From Segetibacter sp. (GTDB lineage: Bacteria > Bacteroidota > Bacteroidia > Chitinophagales > Chitinophagaceae): DNA of 64,000 nt. The stretch is from assembly GCA_031373555.1 (NCBI GenBank), contig JANMMU010000021.1, forward strand, positions 74,523 to 138,522, read 5' to 3'. The translations under genes were made by a program, and so were the position numbers. The notes under the pieces are model-generated. The model searched no databases and was not told where the DNA came from. It was given only the letters and a program-made list of their open reading frames with translations. This document shows, piece after piece, positions 16,901-26,170 of this stretch. Each line of letters opens with the position of its first letter. Position 1 is the first letter of the stretch.

Positions 16901-19563
16901 TCCGGTACTTTGATACCTGCATAAGTGCTGTACGGATGATAAGGATAAGCCACATTGTCTATGCTGAAGTTTCCACCGGGTTCAAAAACTTTCACTAATA
17001 GATTTGCCGTTAAAACTCCTGGTGCATCGGTAGTTAATTGAAAATTTGGATTGATGGATGCAACACCTTCTTCGTTCAAAGCACCATCAAATATTGTTTT
17101 ACTCTGTGGCTCAAACTTAGAAGTTGGATTGTCAAAAGTATAACCTGCAAACTTTTGAAACACAGTTTTACTTTTGTATAATTGTGCATCAACTTTTGCC
17201 TTCAGGCTCTTGGCAGTAGCACCAAATAACCATTTGGCCGTCAACGAACCCGGTGTATTAAACCCTTTACCCAATTCAGGATTTGCTCCAAAGTTTAAAT
17301 CAATTTTCAACCTGTTGGGCATTACGGTTTCTATCTTTAGTTTCTTTTCAAAAACAGCTCCGCCTACTTTCACTTTACAGTTCCAGTTGCCCGTAGGTGC
17401 TGCGGCATCAGTATTTGTTTTAAATACATTGAAGCCATCTGCAGCATTGGTTTGCACCAGTTTTTTGTACAATTGTCCATTGGGTGCATACAATTCCATT
17501 TCTATAGGATGTTCATCGGGAAGTTTGTTTTCTTTGTCTTCAATTATGCAGCTTAAGTAAAGGCTGTCGCCGGGCCGCCACACGCCCCGTTCGCCAAAAA
17601 TAAATCCTTTTATGCCGTTCTTGACTTCAGCACCGCTTACATCAAAACGGCTAAGTGGCAATGCACTTCCATCGTCTAATTTCAGGTAACTTTTTTCTTC
17701 CCCTTTTTTTGCAATTAATAAAAAACCTTTGCGTTTCAATTGCATGGTTGCCATTCCACTATTATCTGTGGTTCCTGTTCCCACCACCTGTCTTTGATAA
17801 TCAAGCACTTCAAGGTTGAGACCGCTCATAGGTTCTGTGCTAATGATGTCACTTGCTATTACGGTCACACTGTTTTCAGCTCCTCTTTTTGCCGTAAGGC
17901 CAATATTAGTTGCCAATATATTTCTGCTGGCAAAACGTTCTTTGTTGTAGTACGATTTGCTGCACGGATTGCTTCTCTGATTCCAATTATAGCCATAAGG
18001 ATAATAGGCATCGTAGCGGCTCCAGAATTCTTCATCACTGTCTAAAGCACTTTCGTTGCTGGCATAGGAATATTCAAATCCGCCTTCTTCCATTTCATCG
18101 CCTTCTTCGCTGCTTTCATCTGCCTGTGCATTGGTTGATATGGCTGAATCAACTGCAGTTCCATTTCCGGTTACCACAACAGCTTTCTTTACTTTTGTTC
18201 CGCAACTGTACAAAGAGTAGTCGGGTCTAAAGCCAATGTTTACCCGATAAAGCGCACCGGGTTCTGTCCTGATATATTTATCAATGTCAAGAGAAAAGCG
18301 ATTCTTTTTGTGCAGATTCAGACTTTGATCATCATCCAGTTTTATGGTGGCTTTTACCAGGGGTGTTGCCACTTGCCGCAATGAATTTTCACCGTTTAAA
18401 TCATTTGATTGCAGGAATTGCGCAACATTGTTTTCATAGATTTTTATGATTGAAACATCCACGGCTTTCAGGTTGGTAGCTTCAAACGGTAGCAGCAGCC
18501 TGCCGTTACTGTTGGGTAAAATATTGCCACGCCCCTGAATTTTTACCGAAGGCAATCTATTCTCATAAAATATATTAGCAGTAAATGATTTGGGCAATTT
18601 CTCGCCCCATTGGTTTAGAATGCCTTCATTGATGCTTACTTTGTAATTACCATCCAACAATTTCCCTGCATACACTTTCACTACACTTCCATTTATGGAG
18701 AAACTCAAGTCTTCCTGTTCACTAATAACAATCATACCGTTTAAGTCCTGGTTAATAGCCAACGGGTCACTAAACTCTACTGAAGTATACTCCTCTTCTT
18801 CTTGAACAGGTCTTACCGTCAGCACTTTAAAAACACCAACGGCAGGCACTTCTATTTCTCTGTTGTCATTTAGTTTAACATTCAAAGCATCGCCATTCCA
18901 CTCCAGTTTTAACATGTTGGAATTTGAACCACGTTTTATACTGTCAATTTGAAAAGTATGTATAGTATTGCCATTATGTTGCCATTTCAATTTCAGGTTG
19001 CCGTCCAGGTATTTGGCAGTTAAGAGTCCTTCAACATTGACGTTTTCTTCTACATCAGCCGTCTGTAAAGTTCCTGATAAGCTCATTAATTCTTTACTGC
19101 CATTATCTGCACGAAGGCCATTATCTTCTACACTAAAAGAAGGTTGAATAACCTGTACATTAAAAGTGAATGTTTTAAATTTTGACGGTACATCTCTTAT
19201 CGTTCCTAATTGAAACCTTACTTCGTACAACTGATTGGGAGTAAGGTCTTTGTCTGGTTTAAACTCAATGGTTCTTTCGTCTGTCCAATATGCTTTTCCA
19301 TTTACCGAAGGTGAAAAATCAAAAAGTGTTTCTGTTATCGTTTCATTGATGGTATGTGTTGTTGCCACATCAGAAGTCAACTGAATGCGGATGGTATTTT
19401 TTTTGGAAATAACACCTGAAGTATATGCTTCTATATACTTGCTGAACTCCGGGTCAACTTTGGTTAGTTTTTCCTTTTTGCTACATCCTGCTAGCATTAA
19501 TGAAAAGACCATAGATGTTATTACACATAAATATTTTGTAGAAAGCTGCAGATTACATTTCAT
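13906..19563 (-). CDS. Alpha-2-macroglobulin family lipoprotein (YfhM/ECAM type, thioester-containing)
   Basis: About 1885 aa. Lipoprotein signal (MKCNLQ...MVFSLMLAGCS) from the ATG at 19563. An intact thioester motif GCIEQ is present in YPHGCIEQTTSAVFPQL (CIEQ codons at 15253-15264). The very long all-beta N-terminal region is consistent with MG domains. pbpC lies downstream on the same strand. Confidence 0.92.
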   Translation of the reverse strand: MKCNLQLSTKYLCVITSMVFSLMLAGCSKKEKLTKVDPEFSKYIEAYTSGVISKKNTIRIQLTSDVATTHTINETITETLFDFSPSVNGKAYWTDERTIEFKPDKDLTPNQLYEVRFQLGTIRDVPSKFKTFTFNVQVIQPSFSVEDNGLRADNGSKELMSLSGTLQTADVEENVNVEGLLTAKYLDGNLKLKWQHNGNTIHTFQIDSIKRGSNSNMLKLEWNGDALNVKLNDNREIEVPAVGVFKVLTVRPVQEEEEYTSVEFSDPLAINQDLNGMIVISEQEDLSFSINGSVVKVYAGKLLDGNYKVSINEGILNQWGEKLPKSFTANIFYENRLPSVKIQGRGNILPNSNGRLLLPFEATNLKAVDVSIIKIYENNVAQFLQSNDLNGENSLRQVATPLVKATIKLDDDQSLNLHKKNRFSLDIDKYIRTEPGALYRVNIGFRPDYSLYSCGTKVKKAVVVTGNGTAVDSAISTNAQADESSEEGDEMEEGGFEYSYASNESALDSDEEFWSRYDAYYPYGYNWNQRSNPCSKSYYNKERFASRNILATNIGLTAKRGAENSVTVIASDIISTEPMSGLNLEVLDYQRQVVGTGTTDNSGMATMQLKRKGFLLIAKKGEEKSYLKLDDGSALPLSRFDVSGAEVKNGIKGFIFGERGVWRPGDSLYLSCIIEDKENKLPDEHPIEMELYAPNGQLYKKLVQTNAADGFNVFKTNTDAAAPTGNWNCKVKVGGAVFEKKLKIETVMPNRLKIDLNFGANPELGKGFNTPGSLTAKWLFGATAKSLKAKVDAQLYKSKTVFQKFAGYTFDNPTSKFEPQSKTIFDGALNEEGVASINPNFQLTTDAPGVLTANLLVKVFEPGGNFSIDNVAYPYHPYSTYAGIKVPEGEKPWGYLPAGKTQTVSIVNVDTKGNLTSGSGVAEVELYRIQWRWWWDNTGDELSNFTTDQYNKLIKKETVPLANGKGSYNFNITSDDWGRYLVLVRDIKSGHVTGQTFYVDDPYWQNRDNKDDPTAASMLSFTSDKEKYNVGEDVQLTIPTSKGGRALISIENGSKVLKNFWVETQPGQTKYSFKAEKGMAPNVYVNVSLLQPHAQTINDLPIRMYGVIPVMIEDKSTLLSPVIKMPDVMKPEQQNTITVSEANGKDMSYVIAIVDEGLLDLTRFKTPDPHKAFYAREALGVKSWDLFDYVIGAWGGGLERILTIGGDSEAPSPGNKKANRFPPIVQFMGPFKSGGGSKSHTFTLPAYMGSVRAMVIAANDGAYGFAEKAVAVKKPLMLLATMPRVLGPTEQIKIPVTVFATENNIRNVSLSLQSNPFIEPVGATTQSISFSGTGEQQVFFEARVKTNTGVGKVKLISTSGNEKTVYDVELDIRNPNPPITSVTDKTLAAGQNFSNTVTAIGTGGSNKAVVEISSIPAINLEKRLQYLIQYPHGCIEQTTSAVFPQLVLNQLMELGDQQKANVDMNIRKGIEKIKNFQARDGGFSYWPNEANSDEWGTNYAGHFLLEANERGYNVPSSILQQWKGYERSRANAWNVSVAPYYGGDLTQAYRLYLLALSKAPELGAMNRLKEYKFLSPEGKWRLAAAYYLVGQNAIALQMISGLPTSFSQRQNPGFTYGSQLRDQAMVLEALTIMNRKTEAEQLVRAVANQLSQESWYSTQTTAYSLIAISKFCGSNKSGNKVSIKATVAGKSVNVNTANNLVQMPLTFTNGKVNFSINNSGSNVLYVRIINQGQPATGDSMAVANHPEVLSLNVTYLTTTGAIVDPTNIKQGTDFVAKVTVKNTGQRGAYTQMALSQIFPSGWEILNTRLYNTEGSFKSSPSTYMDIRDDRVYHYFDIRQNETLTYYVQLNAAYPGRYYWPGTYCEAMYDNTISSGVNGKWVTVSQ

Positions 19564-19965
19564 GGAGATAAGTGATTGAGTAGGTGTGTATGGTTTTGGC
19601 ATAGAAAGTTAGAACAAGCAAATCATAAGATAAAATAAAGTTTTGGTAAGATAAGCCAACCATTATCTTTTAATAGGAAAATCACCTAGGATTTTTACTA
19701 TTTTAGTTATCTAATATTAGCCGGAAATGCACGTACAAATACTACTTTTTTTATTATTGAGAGACATACCTTTAACCTTTATTTTCAGACATTATTTAAA
19801 AACGCCCCGTTCCAATTATTCTTTCAGAAAAGCAAACATTCCAATAGAGAGGCTGCTCCATTTTTGGGGCGGCCAATCTAACAATTTCATTTTCACCCTT
19901 TCTTTGTTTTGTTGTTTTTATTCACCAATTGTTTCTTATTTTTAATGGAAATGAATTAAATCAAA

Positions 19966-20730
19966 TTGCAACATTTTCAATTTTCTTTCTTAACCGTTTT
20001 TTTGCTCTTGTTCGCTATAATTGTTGGCAGATATTTTTTGATTGCAGGAATTTTTCAGATTTGGTTTTACAGTTTTAGAAAAGATAAATGGAGTGCTTTC
20101 AGACTTAGCAAACAAGCTGTAGATAAGAAACAGTTTCTAACAGAGGTAAAATGGTCGCTGATTACCTCTATAGTTTTTGCTTTAGTTGGAACACTTACAT
20201 TCTATTTATGGCTAAACGGCAATACACAACTTTATTCCAATCTTAATCAATATAGTTTGTGGTACTTACCTGTAAGTCTTCTGATTGCAATGGTTATTCA
20301 TGAAACCTATTATTATTGGCTGCATAGGTGGATGCACAAGCCCGAAATTTTTAGAATCTTACACAAGGTGCATCATGAAAGTAAAACCACTAGTCCGTGG
20401 ACTGCTTTTTCATTTCACCCTTTAGAGGGATTCTTCCAGGCAATAATTTTACCCGTTACTATTTTAGTTTTACCCATGCATATATATGTACTTCTACTAC
20501 AACTCATTATTATGAGCATTAGCAGTGTCATTAACCATCTTGAAATTGAGATTTATCCAACCGGTTTTCATAAAAATTTAGTTGGTAAATGGATTATTGG
20601 TGCAACCCACCACTCGTTGCATCACAAACAATTTAAATATAATTATGGACTTTATTTTACTTTTTGGGATAAATGGAAGAAAACGGAAAGCCCAAAATAT
20701 ATTGATAAGTTAGAAAATAAGGATCTGTAG
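19966..20730 (+). CDS. Fatty acid hydroxylase / sterol desaturase superfamily membrane protein
   Basis: Histidine boxes HETYYYWLHRWMH, HKVHHES and HHSLHHKQFKYNYG lie in a polytopic membrane protein. TTG start at 19966; there is no in-frame ATG before the first TM helix. Confidence 0.8.
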   Translation: MQHFQFSFLTVFLLLFAIIVGRYFLIAGIFQIWFYSFRKDKWSAFRLSKQAVDKKQFLTEVKWSLITSIVFALVGTLTFYLWLNGNTQLYSNLNQYSLWYLPVSLLIAMVIHETYYYWLHRWMHKPEIFRILHKVHHESKTTSPWTAFSFHPLEGFFQAIILPVTILVLPMHIYVLLLQLIIMSISSVINHLEIEIYPTGFHKNLVGKWIIGATHHSLHHKQFKYNYGLYFTFWDKWKKTESPKYIDKLENKDL

Positions 20731-21069
20731 TTTAGATAAAGATTAATTTATGCAATACGAAAAGTTGTTTTTGAATAATAAAATTTACATATTTAACTAT
20801 ATTGCACCTCATAATCTGCTTATTATAAATTATCTAATGTAAAAGAAAATTTTCGCTAAATAGTAAAAATTTTTTCTATAAGAATTTACAAAGTCATAGT
20901 GTCACCCCTGTGAATCCCAAACGACAAAAAGTCGCAAGAAAGCATGTTTCATAAATTACATTACATAAATCTGTACTGTTTAAAAGTTATTCACAAGAGG
21001 AAAAATAATTTTTGAAATGTTACCCAGATTTGTAATTTAGTGCTAGAATTTAATGGGTTAGTAAGTAAC

Positions 21070-21101
21070 AGGGTTGGCATTCTTGCCGACCCTTCTTTTT
21101 T
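21070..21101 (+). terminator. Intrinsic terminator not attached to an obvious gene
   Basis: AGGGTTGGCA-TTCT-TGCCGACCCT forms a 10-bp stem with one G-T pair, followed by TCTTTTTT. It lies 340 nt after the nearest upstream stop (20730) and 72 nt before the next start (21173). Confidence 0.6.
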
Positions 21102-21172
21102 AAAAATAAGTTCTGATCACTATAATTGAAAGCATTATTCACCGTTAGTGATTCATAAAACTGATATATAGT

Positions 21173-21931
21173 ATGAAAGCGCTGATAGCAATGAAACGGG
21201 CACTAAGTAAAAACTCACGTAAAAGACTTTGGTTAAACTTTGCGTTAAAAGGTAACCAGGTAGAATGTCCCTGTTGCAAAAGAAAGTTTGAAACATTTAT
21301 ATCTGCAGGGTTGCAAAAAAGAGCCAATGCCCGATGCGTAGGATGCAATTCGTTAGAGCGCCACAGATTGATGTGGTTATTTCTACAACGTGAAACGCAA
21401 TTTTTTACTTCTAAATTAAAAGTTCTCAACGTAGCACCAGAAAAACTTTTCTACAACAAGTTCAGGGCTTTACCCAATATAGATTATGTATCAATAGACC
21501 TCAATCCTGATATGTATGACTATGGTTCCAAAACAATCAGGATGGATCTTACAGATCTGAAATTTGAAAACAACACTTTTGATGTTATCATCTGCAACCA
21601 TGTTTTGGAACACGTGCCAAACGATGCTGCGGCAATAAGTGAAATGTACCGTACTCTAAAACCAGGAGGTTGGGCAATGATTAATGTTCCGGTAGATCAT
21701 AAACGTGCTATTACTTTTGAAGACATTCATATTAATGATCCTAAAAAGCAACTGGAACTTTTTGGGCAGCATGACCATGTAAGGGTTTATGGAAAAGATT
21801 ATCTTGACAGATTAAGAAGACCGGGTTTTGAAGTAGAAGTGTTTGATTATACTAACAGGTTTACCAATAATGAAATTTTCAGGTACGGCTTACAAAAAGG
21901 TGAAGAAATCTATTTATGTCGAAAAAAGTAG
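21173..21931 (+). CDS. Class I SAM-dependent methyltransferase with N-terminal zinc ribbon
   Basis: Four Cys in CPCCKRKF...RCVGCNSLERHR, then methyltransferase motif I-like VLNVAPE and DVIICNHVLEHV / LKPGGWAMI (Methyltransf_11-like). Confidence 0.8.
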   Translation: MKALIAMKRALSKNSRKRLWLNFALKGNQVECPCCKRKFETFISAGLQKRANARCVGCNSLERHRLMWLFLQRETQFFTSKLKVLNVAPEKLFYNKFRALPNIDYVSIDLNPDMYDYGSKTIRMDLTDLKFENNTFDVIICNHVLEHVPNDAAAISEMYRTLKPGGWAMINVPVDHKRAITFEDIHINDPKKQLELFGQHDHVRVYGKDYLDRLRRPGFEVEVFDYTNRFTNNEIFRYGLQKGEEIYLCRKK

Positions 21932-23292
21932 CAACTGCTTATTTCTGTAGTAACTGCGGATACGAAAGTGCAAAGTGGTTGGGCAAATGTCCTTCGTGCA
22001 ATACATGGAATGCATTTGTAGAAGAGGTCATATCAAAAGGTGCTGATAAAAGTGACAACGGTTGGAATGATTATAACGCTGAAAAGCGTTCTGCAAAAAC
22101 TATCCTACTCAACAATGTAAGCGCAAAAGAAGAAGATAGAATTTTAACAACAGACGGAGAACTGAACCGTGTACTTGGCGGAGGTATTGTAGCCGGTAGC
22201 ATAGTGCTTGTAGCAGGCGAACCCGGTATAGGAAAGAGTACCCTTTTTCTACAGGTAGGCCTACAGCTAAGTGGAATAAAAACACTCTACATTAGTGGCG
22301 AAGAAAGTGAGCAGCAAATTAAAATGCGGGCTGACAGGCTTAAAGCCCAAAATGATGATTTCTATCTGTTAACAGAAACTGCTACCAACATCATTTTTCA
22401 GGAAATAAAAAAACTAAAACCCGAGCTTGTTATAGTTGACTCAATTCAAACACTACAATCAAACTTCATAGAATCATCAGCAGGTAGTGTTTCACAGATA
22501 AGGGAATGTGCAGCCGAATTTCAAAAATTTGCAAAAGAAACCGGTACCCCGGTTTTTCTCATAGGTCATATAACCAAAGACGGAAGTATTGCAGGACCAA
22601 AAATCCTGGAACACATGGTGGATACTGTATTGCAGTTTGAAGGCGATCGCCATTATGCCTACCGTATTCTTAGAACACTTAAAAACAGGTTTGGAAGCAC
22701 ATCAGAGCTTGGCATTTATGAAATGACCGGCGAAGGCATGCGCAGTGTAACCAACCCTTCAGAAATACTGATTACTCAAAAAGAAGAACAGCTAAGTGGT
22801 AGTGCTATCGCAGCTACTTTAGAAGGGATGAGACCTTTACTTATTGAGGTACAGGCATTGGTAACACAAAGTGTTTATGGAACGCCACAACGTACTGTTA
22901 GTGGTTTTGACCTTCGCAGGTTGCAATTATTACTGGCTGTTCTTGAAAAAAGAGGAGGCTTTCATTTTGGGGTAAAAGATGTATTTGTGAATATAGCCGG
23001 AGGCCTCAAGGTAGAAGATCCGTCTATAGATTTATCAGTAATTTGTGCTTTGCTTAGCAGCTTTGAAGATATACCGCTACCGCAAAAAGTTTGCTTTGCA
23101 GGAGAAGTAGGACTCAATGGTGAAATAAGAGCCGTGAACCGTATAGAACAAAGAGTTGCTGAAGCTGAAAAGCTTGGCTTTGAAAAAATTATTGTGTCAA
23201 AATATAATAAGAAAGGTTTTGACAAGCAGCAGGGGGGAATTCAAATTATACCCGTAGGGCAAGTTCAGGAGGTTTATCAATTGTTTTTTTAA
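21916..23292 (+). CDS. radA: DNA repair protein RadA/Sms
   Basis: N-terminal zinc finger (YFCSNCGYESAKWLGKCPSCNTWN), Walker A GEPGIGKST, the KNRFG motif and a Lon-like C-terminal domain. Overlaps the preceding gene by 16 nt. Confidence 0.95.
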   Translation: MSKKVATAYFCSNCGYESAKWLGKCPSCNTWNAFVEEVISKGADKSDNGWNDYNAEKRSAKTILLNNVSAKEEDRILTTDGELNRVLGGGIVAGSIVLVAGEPGIGKSTLFLQVGLQLSGIKTLYISGEESEQQIKMRADRLKAQNDDFYLLTETATNIIFQEIKKLKPELVIVDSIQTLQSNFIESSAGSVSQIRECAAEFQKFAKETGTPVFLIGHITKDGSIAGPKILEHMVDTVLQFEGDRHYAYRILRTLKNRFGSTSELGIYEMTGEGMRSVTNPSEILITQKEEQLSGSAIAATLEGMRPLLIEVQALVTQSVYGTPQRTVSGFDLRRLQLLLAVLEKRGGFHFGVKDVFVNIAGGLKVEDPSIDLSVICALLSSFEDIPLPQKVCFAGEVGLNGEIRAVNRIEQRVAEAEKLGFEKIIVSKYNKKGFDKQQGGIQIIPVGQVQEVYQLFF

Positions 23293-23322
23293 CAATTTCC
23301 GATTAAATTAACATGAATGATT

Positions 23323-23352
23323 TACCTAAACATTAAACTCTAAACCCTAAAC
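23323..23352. repeat. CTAAAC-type heptad repeat patch in the comF leader
   Basis: TACCTAAACATTAAACTCTAAACCCTAAAC. The 15-mer TAAACTCTAAACCCT (23334-23348) is identical to 28472-28486 in the coaX leader. Confidence 0.7.
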
Positions 23353-23360
23353 GATATTCA

Positions 23361-24053
23361 ATGGTCAAAACTGCCATTAAAGATTTACTGCACGTTTTCT
23401 TTCCTCATATATGCACCGGTTGCGGCAGCGATGTTATATCAAGTGAAAATATGCTTTGCCTTAGATGCATGGCCGATCTGCCTATTACCAACTTTGCCGA
23501 TCAACCGGGCAATCCTGTTGAGCAAAAGTTTTATGGCCGAATGCCGGTGAGGAATGCAACTTCTTCGTATTATTTTGCTAAAAACTCCATTTTAGAAAAC
23601 CTGATTTACCAACTAAAATACCGTGGCAACAAGGACATAGGATTTTATCTGGGTAAAATGATGGGCGAACATTTATTACAAAGCCCCAGGTTTCAGAGTA
23701 TTGACGCTATTATCCCCTTACCATTGAACAAACGACGCGAAAAAATGCGTGGTTATAATCAGGCAGCTTTTATCGCAAATGGCATTAGTACAGTATGGGA
23801 TAAACCCGTTTGGGAAAGTGAAGTCATCAGAAAGGTTTACACAGAAACACAAACTAAACGTGACAGAATAAGCCGTTGGGAAAATATGAAGAATGTTTTT
23901 GCGATAGCAAACCCCGAAATGCTAAGGGCAAAACATCTGTTATTAGTAGATGATGTTATTACAACCGGAGCATCATTAGAAGCATGTGGTATGGAAATGT
24001 TGAAAGTAGAAGGAGTAACAATAAGTGTTGCAACACTTGCTTATACCAATTAA
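23361..24053 (+). CDS. comF: ComF family protein (phosphoribosyltransferase domain)
   Basis: N-terminal Cys pairs (CTGCGS...CLRC) and a C-terminal PRTase motif LLLVDDVITTGASL. The size and architecture are typical of ComFC. Confidence 0.8.
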   Translation: MVKTAIKDLLHVFFPHICTGCGSDVISSENMLCLRCMADLPITNFADQPGNPVEQKFYGRMPVRNATSSYYFAKNSILENLIYQLKYRGNKDIGFYLGKMMGEHLLQSPRFQSIDAIIPLPLNKRREKMRGYNQAAFIANGISTVWDKPVWESEVIRKVYTETQTKRDRISRWENMKNVFAIANPEMLRAKHLLLVDDVITTGASLEACGMEMLKVEGVTISVATLAYTN

Positions 24054-24158
24054 TAAAATTTACTCCCTATTGCAGCGTATTTAACTTTTTCCAAAGGAAA
24101 GTTAAGAAACTAACTGTGCATAAGCAACTAACGCCTACATTTCCCTACTTTTGAAAAA

Positions 24159-25553
24159 ATGAAATATCTATTATCTATTATAATTGTTGGATGGTTCTTT
24201 ATGATGACATCCTGCAGCAAAACATCTTTTATTACAAGCAGCGATGCATCTGTGACTTTTTCAGAAGATACATTGCATTTTGATACCGTATTTACAACTA
24301 CGGGGTCTGTAACCCAGTTGTTTAAAATATTTAACCTAAACGATCAAAAGCTTCGGTTAACATCTGTACAGTTAATGGGTGGAAATTCTTCAGCATTTAA
24401 AATGAATGTAGATGGTGCTTCAGGAAGTAATTTTTCGAACATTGATTTAGAACCCAATGACAGCATTTATGTATTTGTGACTGTGTCTGTTAATCCCACT
24501 TCGGCCAATTTGCCTTTTATAGTACAAGACAGTATTTTGGTTAATTACAATGGCAACAACCACTTTATACAATTAGAAGCTTTTGGGCAAAATGCCCGCT
24601 TTTTACGTGGTCGCCGTATTACATCTGATACAACATGGACCAATGAATTACCCTTTGTGATTTTAGATTCAATTTCTGTAGATGAAAATGTTTCATTGAC
24701 AATTAATCCCGGATGTAAAATATATCATCATTCAAATGCACCTTTTATAGTGAATGGAAGCCTGAAGGTAAACGGTGATAGTAATGCACGGGTATCATTT
24801 ACCGGTGACAGATTAGATCCTGATTATAAAGATTTACCCGGCAGTTGGCCCGGCCTTATTTTCAATGATGCAAGTACTGCAAATGTGTTAAACTACACCA
24901 TCATAAAAAATGCTTATCAGGGCATAGTTACAGAAGGTAAAGCAACTCTTTCTTATAAATTGGAGTTGAACCAATGCATTATTGATAATATTTACGATGC
25001 AGGTATACTAAGTGCAGGGAGTAGTATTCATGCTACTAATTGCCTTATTACCAATTGCGGCGCAAATATTTACATTTATGCAGGCGGCAAATATCTGTTT
25101 GACTACTGCACAGTAGCTACCTACGGCAATTATTTTCTCTCACATCAAACTCCCGTATTAACCATTAGCGATGCAGATGCTTTTGGGCTTAATTCCTACC
25201 CTTTAGATGCATCTTTTCGTAACAGCATTTTTTATGGGGATTATGGTAATGTAGATGATGAAATAGTTGCCAATAAACTTGGAAGCGTATTTACTTTAGG
25301 TTTTCAAAATGTCCTTTATAAAAACAAATCGGCAAAAGTTGATACTTTTGTAAATAGCTTTAGTATTAAAAATCAATCGCCGGAGTTTGAAAATATTGAT
25401 GCATCAAAAAGTAACTATGATTTTCATTTAAAAGACATTTCACCGGTAATAAATCAGGGGAATAATTATTCAAACACATCAATTGATCTTGATGGAAAAC
25501 CAAGACCTCTACCACCATTAACAACTGATATTGGCTGTTACCAACGACAATAA
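24159..25553 (+). CDS. Lipoprotein, probable Ig-like N-domain plus right-handed beta-helix-like region (hypothetical)
   Basis: Lipobox (FFMMTSCSK). The N-terminal region resembles PapD/ASH-like Ig folds (FDTVFTTTGSVTQLFKIFN). The central region has short N/G/I-rich repeats suggestive of a parallel beta-helix. This call is from pattern recognition only. Confidence 0.5.
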   Translation: MKYLLSIIIVGWFFMMTSCSKTSFITSSDASVTFSEDTLHFDTVFTTTGSVTQLFKIFNLNDQKLRLTSVQLMGGNSSAFKMNVDGASGSNFSNIDLEPNDSIYVFVTVSVNPTSANLPFIVQDSILVNYNGNNHFIQLEAFGQNARFLRGRRITSDTTWTNELPFVILDSISVDENVSLTINPGCKIYHHSNAPFIVNGSLKVNGDSNARVSFTGDRLDPDYKDLPGSWPGLIFNDASTANVLNYTIIKNAYQGIVTEGKATLSYKLELNQCIIDNIYDAGILSAGSSIHATNCLITNCGANIYIYAGGKYLFDYCTVATYGNYFLSHQTPVLTISDADAFGLNSYPLDASFRNSIFYGDYGNVDDEIVANKLGSVFTLGFQNVLYKNKSAKVDTFVNSFSIKNQSPEFENIDASKSNYDFHLKDISPVINQGNNYSNTSIDLDGKPRPLPPLTTDIGCYQRQ

Positions 25554-25602
25554 ACCTTCTTAAACAATTTGCTTCATTTCATTGTTCTACAAATAAACTT
25601 TT

Positions 25603-26166
25603 ATGAAAAAAATATTATTGCCTTTTTTGCTTTTTATAGCATGTACATCAGCAACTACAAAAACTAAACAAATGGAAACATCAACTTCAACCGCAACAAG
25701 TGTTCACGAATTTAAAGTTTCATCAATTGATGGAGGAACAATAGATTTTTCTGCCTTTAAAGGCAAGAAAATTATGATTGTAAATACAGCAAGCCAATGC
25801 GGCTATACGCCACAATATGAAGGGCTTGAAAAATTGTATGAGCAGTATAAAGACAAGTTGGTAATTGTAGGTTTTCCTGCAAACAATTTTGGCGAACAGG
25901 AACCCGGAAGCAATACTGAAATTGAACAATTTTGCAAGAAAAATTTTGGGGTTACTTTTCCTTTGGCCGCCAAGGTAGATGTGGTTGGAGATAATACACA
26001 TCCTTTGTTCAAATGGTTAACCAATAAGGAACTAAATGGTGTTTTGGATGCAGAAGTGAAATGGAATTTCAATAAATTCCTATTGGATGAAGATGGTAAA
26101 CTTTTGGCTTACTTTCCCAGCAAGGTAACCCCTGAATCAGAAGAAGTTTTAAATTACCTGAAGTAG
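25603..26166 (+). CDS. Glutathione peroxidase (Cys type), exported/lipoprotein form
   Basis: GPx signatures NTASQCGYTPQY, FPANNFGEQEPG and WNFNKFL. The active-site residue is a TGC Cys codon, not TGA. Signal peptide with Cys (FLLFIACTS). Confidence 0.9.
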   Translation: MKKILLPFLLFIACTSATTKTKQMETSTSTATSVHEFKVSSIDGGTIDFSAFKGKKIMIVNTASQCGYTPQYEGLEKLYEQYKDKLVIVGFPANNFGEQEPGSNTEIEQFCKKNFGVTFPLAAKVDVVGDNTHPLFKWLTNKELNGVLDAEVKWNFNKFLLDEDGKLLAYFPSKVTPESEEVLNYLK

Positions 26167-26170
26167 AAAT

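Noticed and set aside
14329-19579. Many plus-strand ORFs of 64-128 aa in the track inside the alpha-2-macroglobulin gene, and similar antisense ORFs inside dprA, pbpC, the RND pump, uvrA, pdxH and others.
   Set aside because: They lie antisense or out of frame within long ORFs that carry strong family motifs. Their low-complexity Cys/Phe/Leu-rich translations have no motifs and are typical shadow ORFs of AT-rich coding sequence.
3093-24053. dprA, recR, radA and comF all lie within 21 kb: is this a competence island?
   Set aside because: The four genes are separated by unrelated housekeeping genes on both strands. Each is widely conserved in non-transformable bacteria. No pilus or DNA-uptake channel genes (comEC, pilQ and similar) are present.
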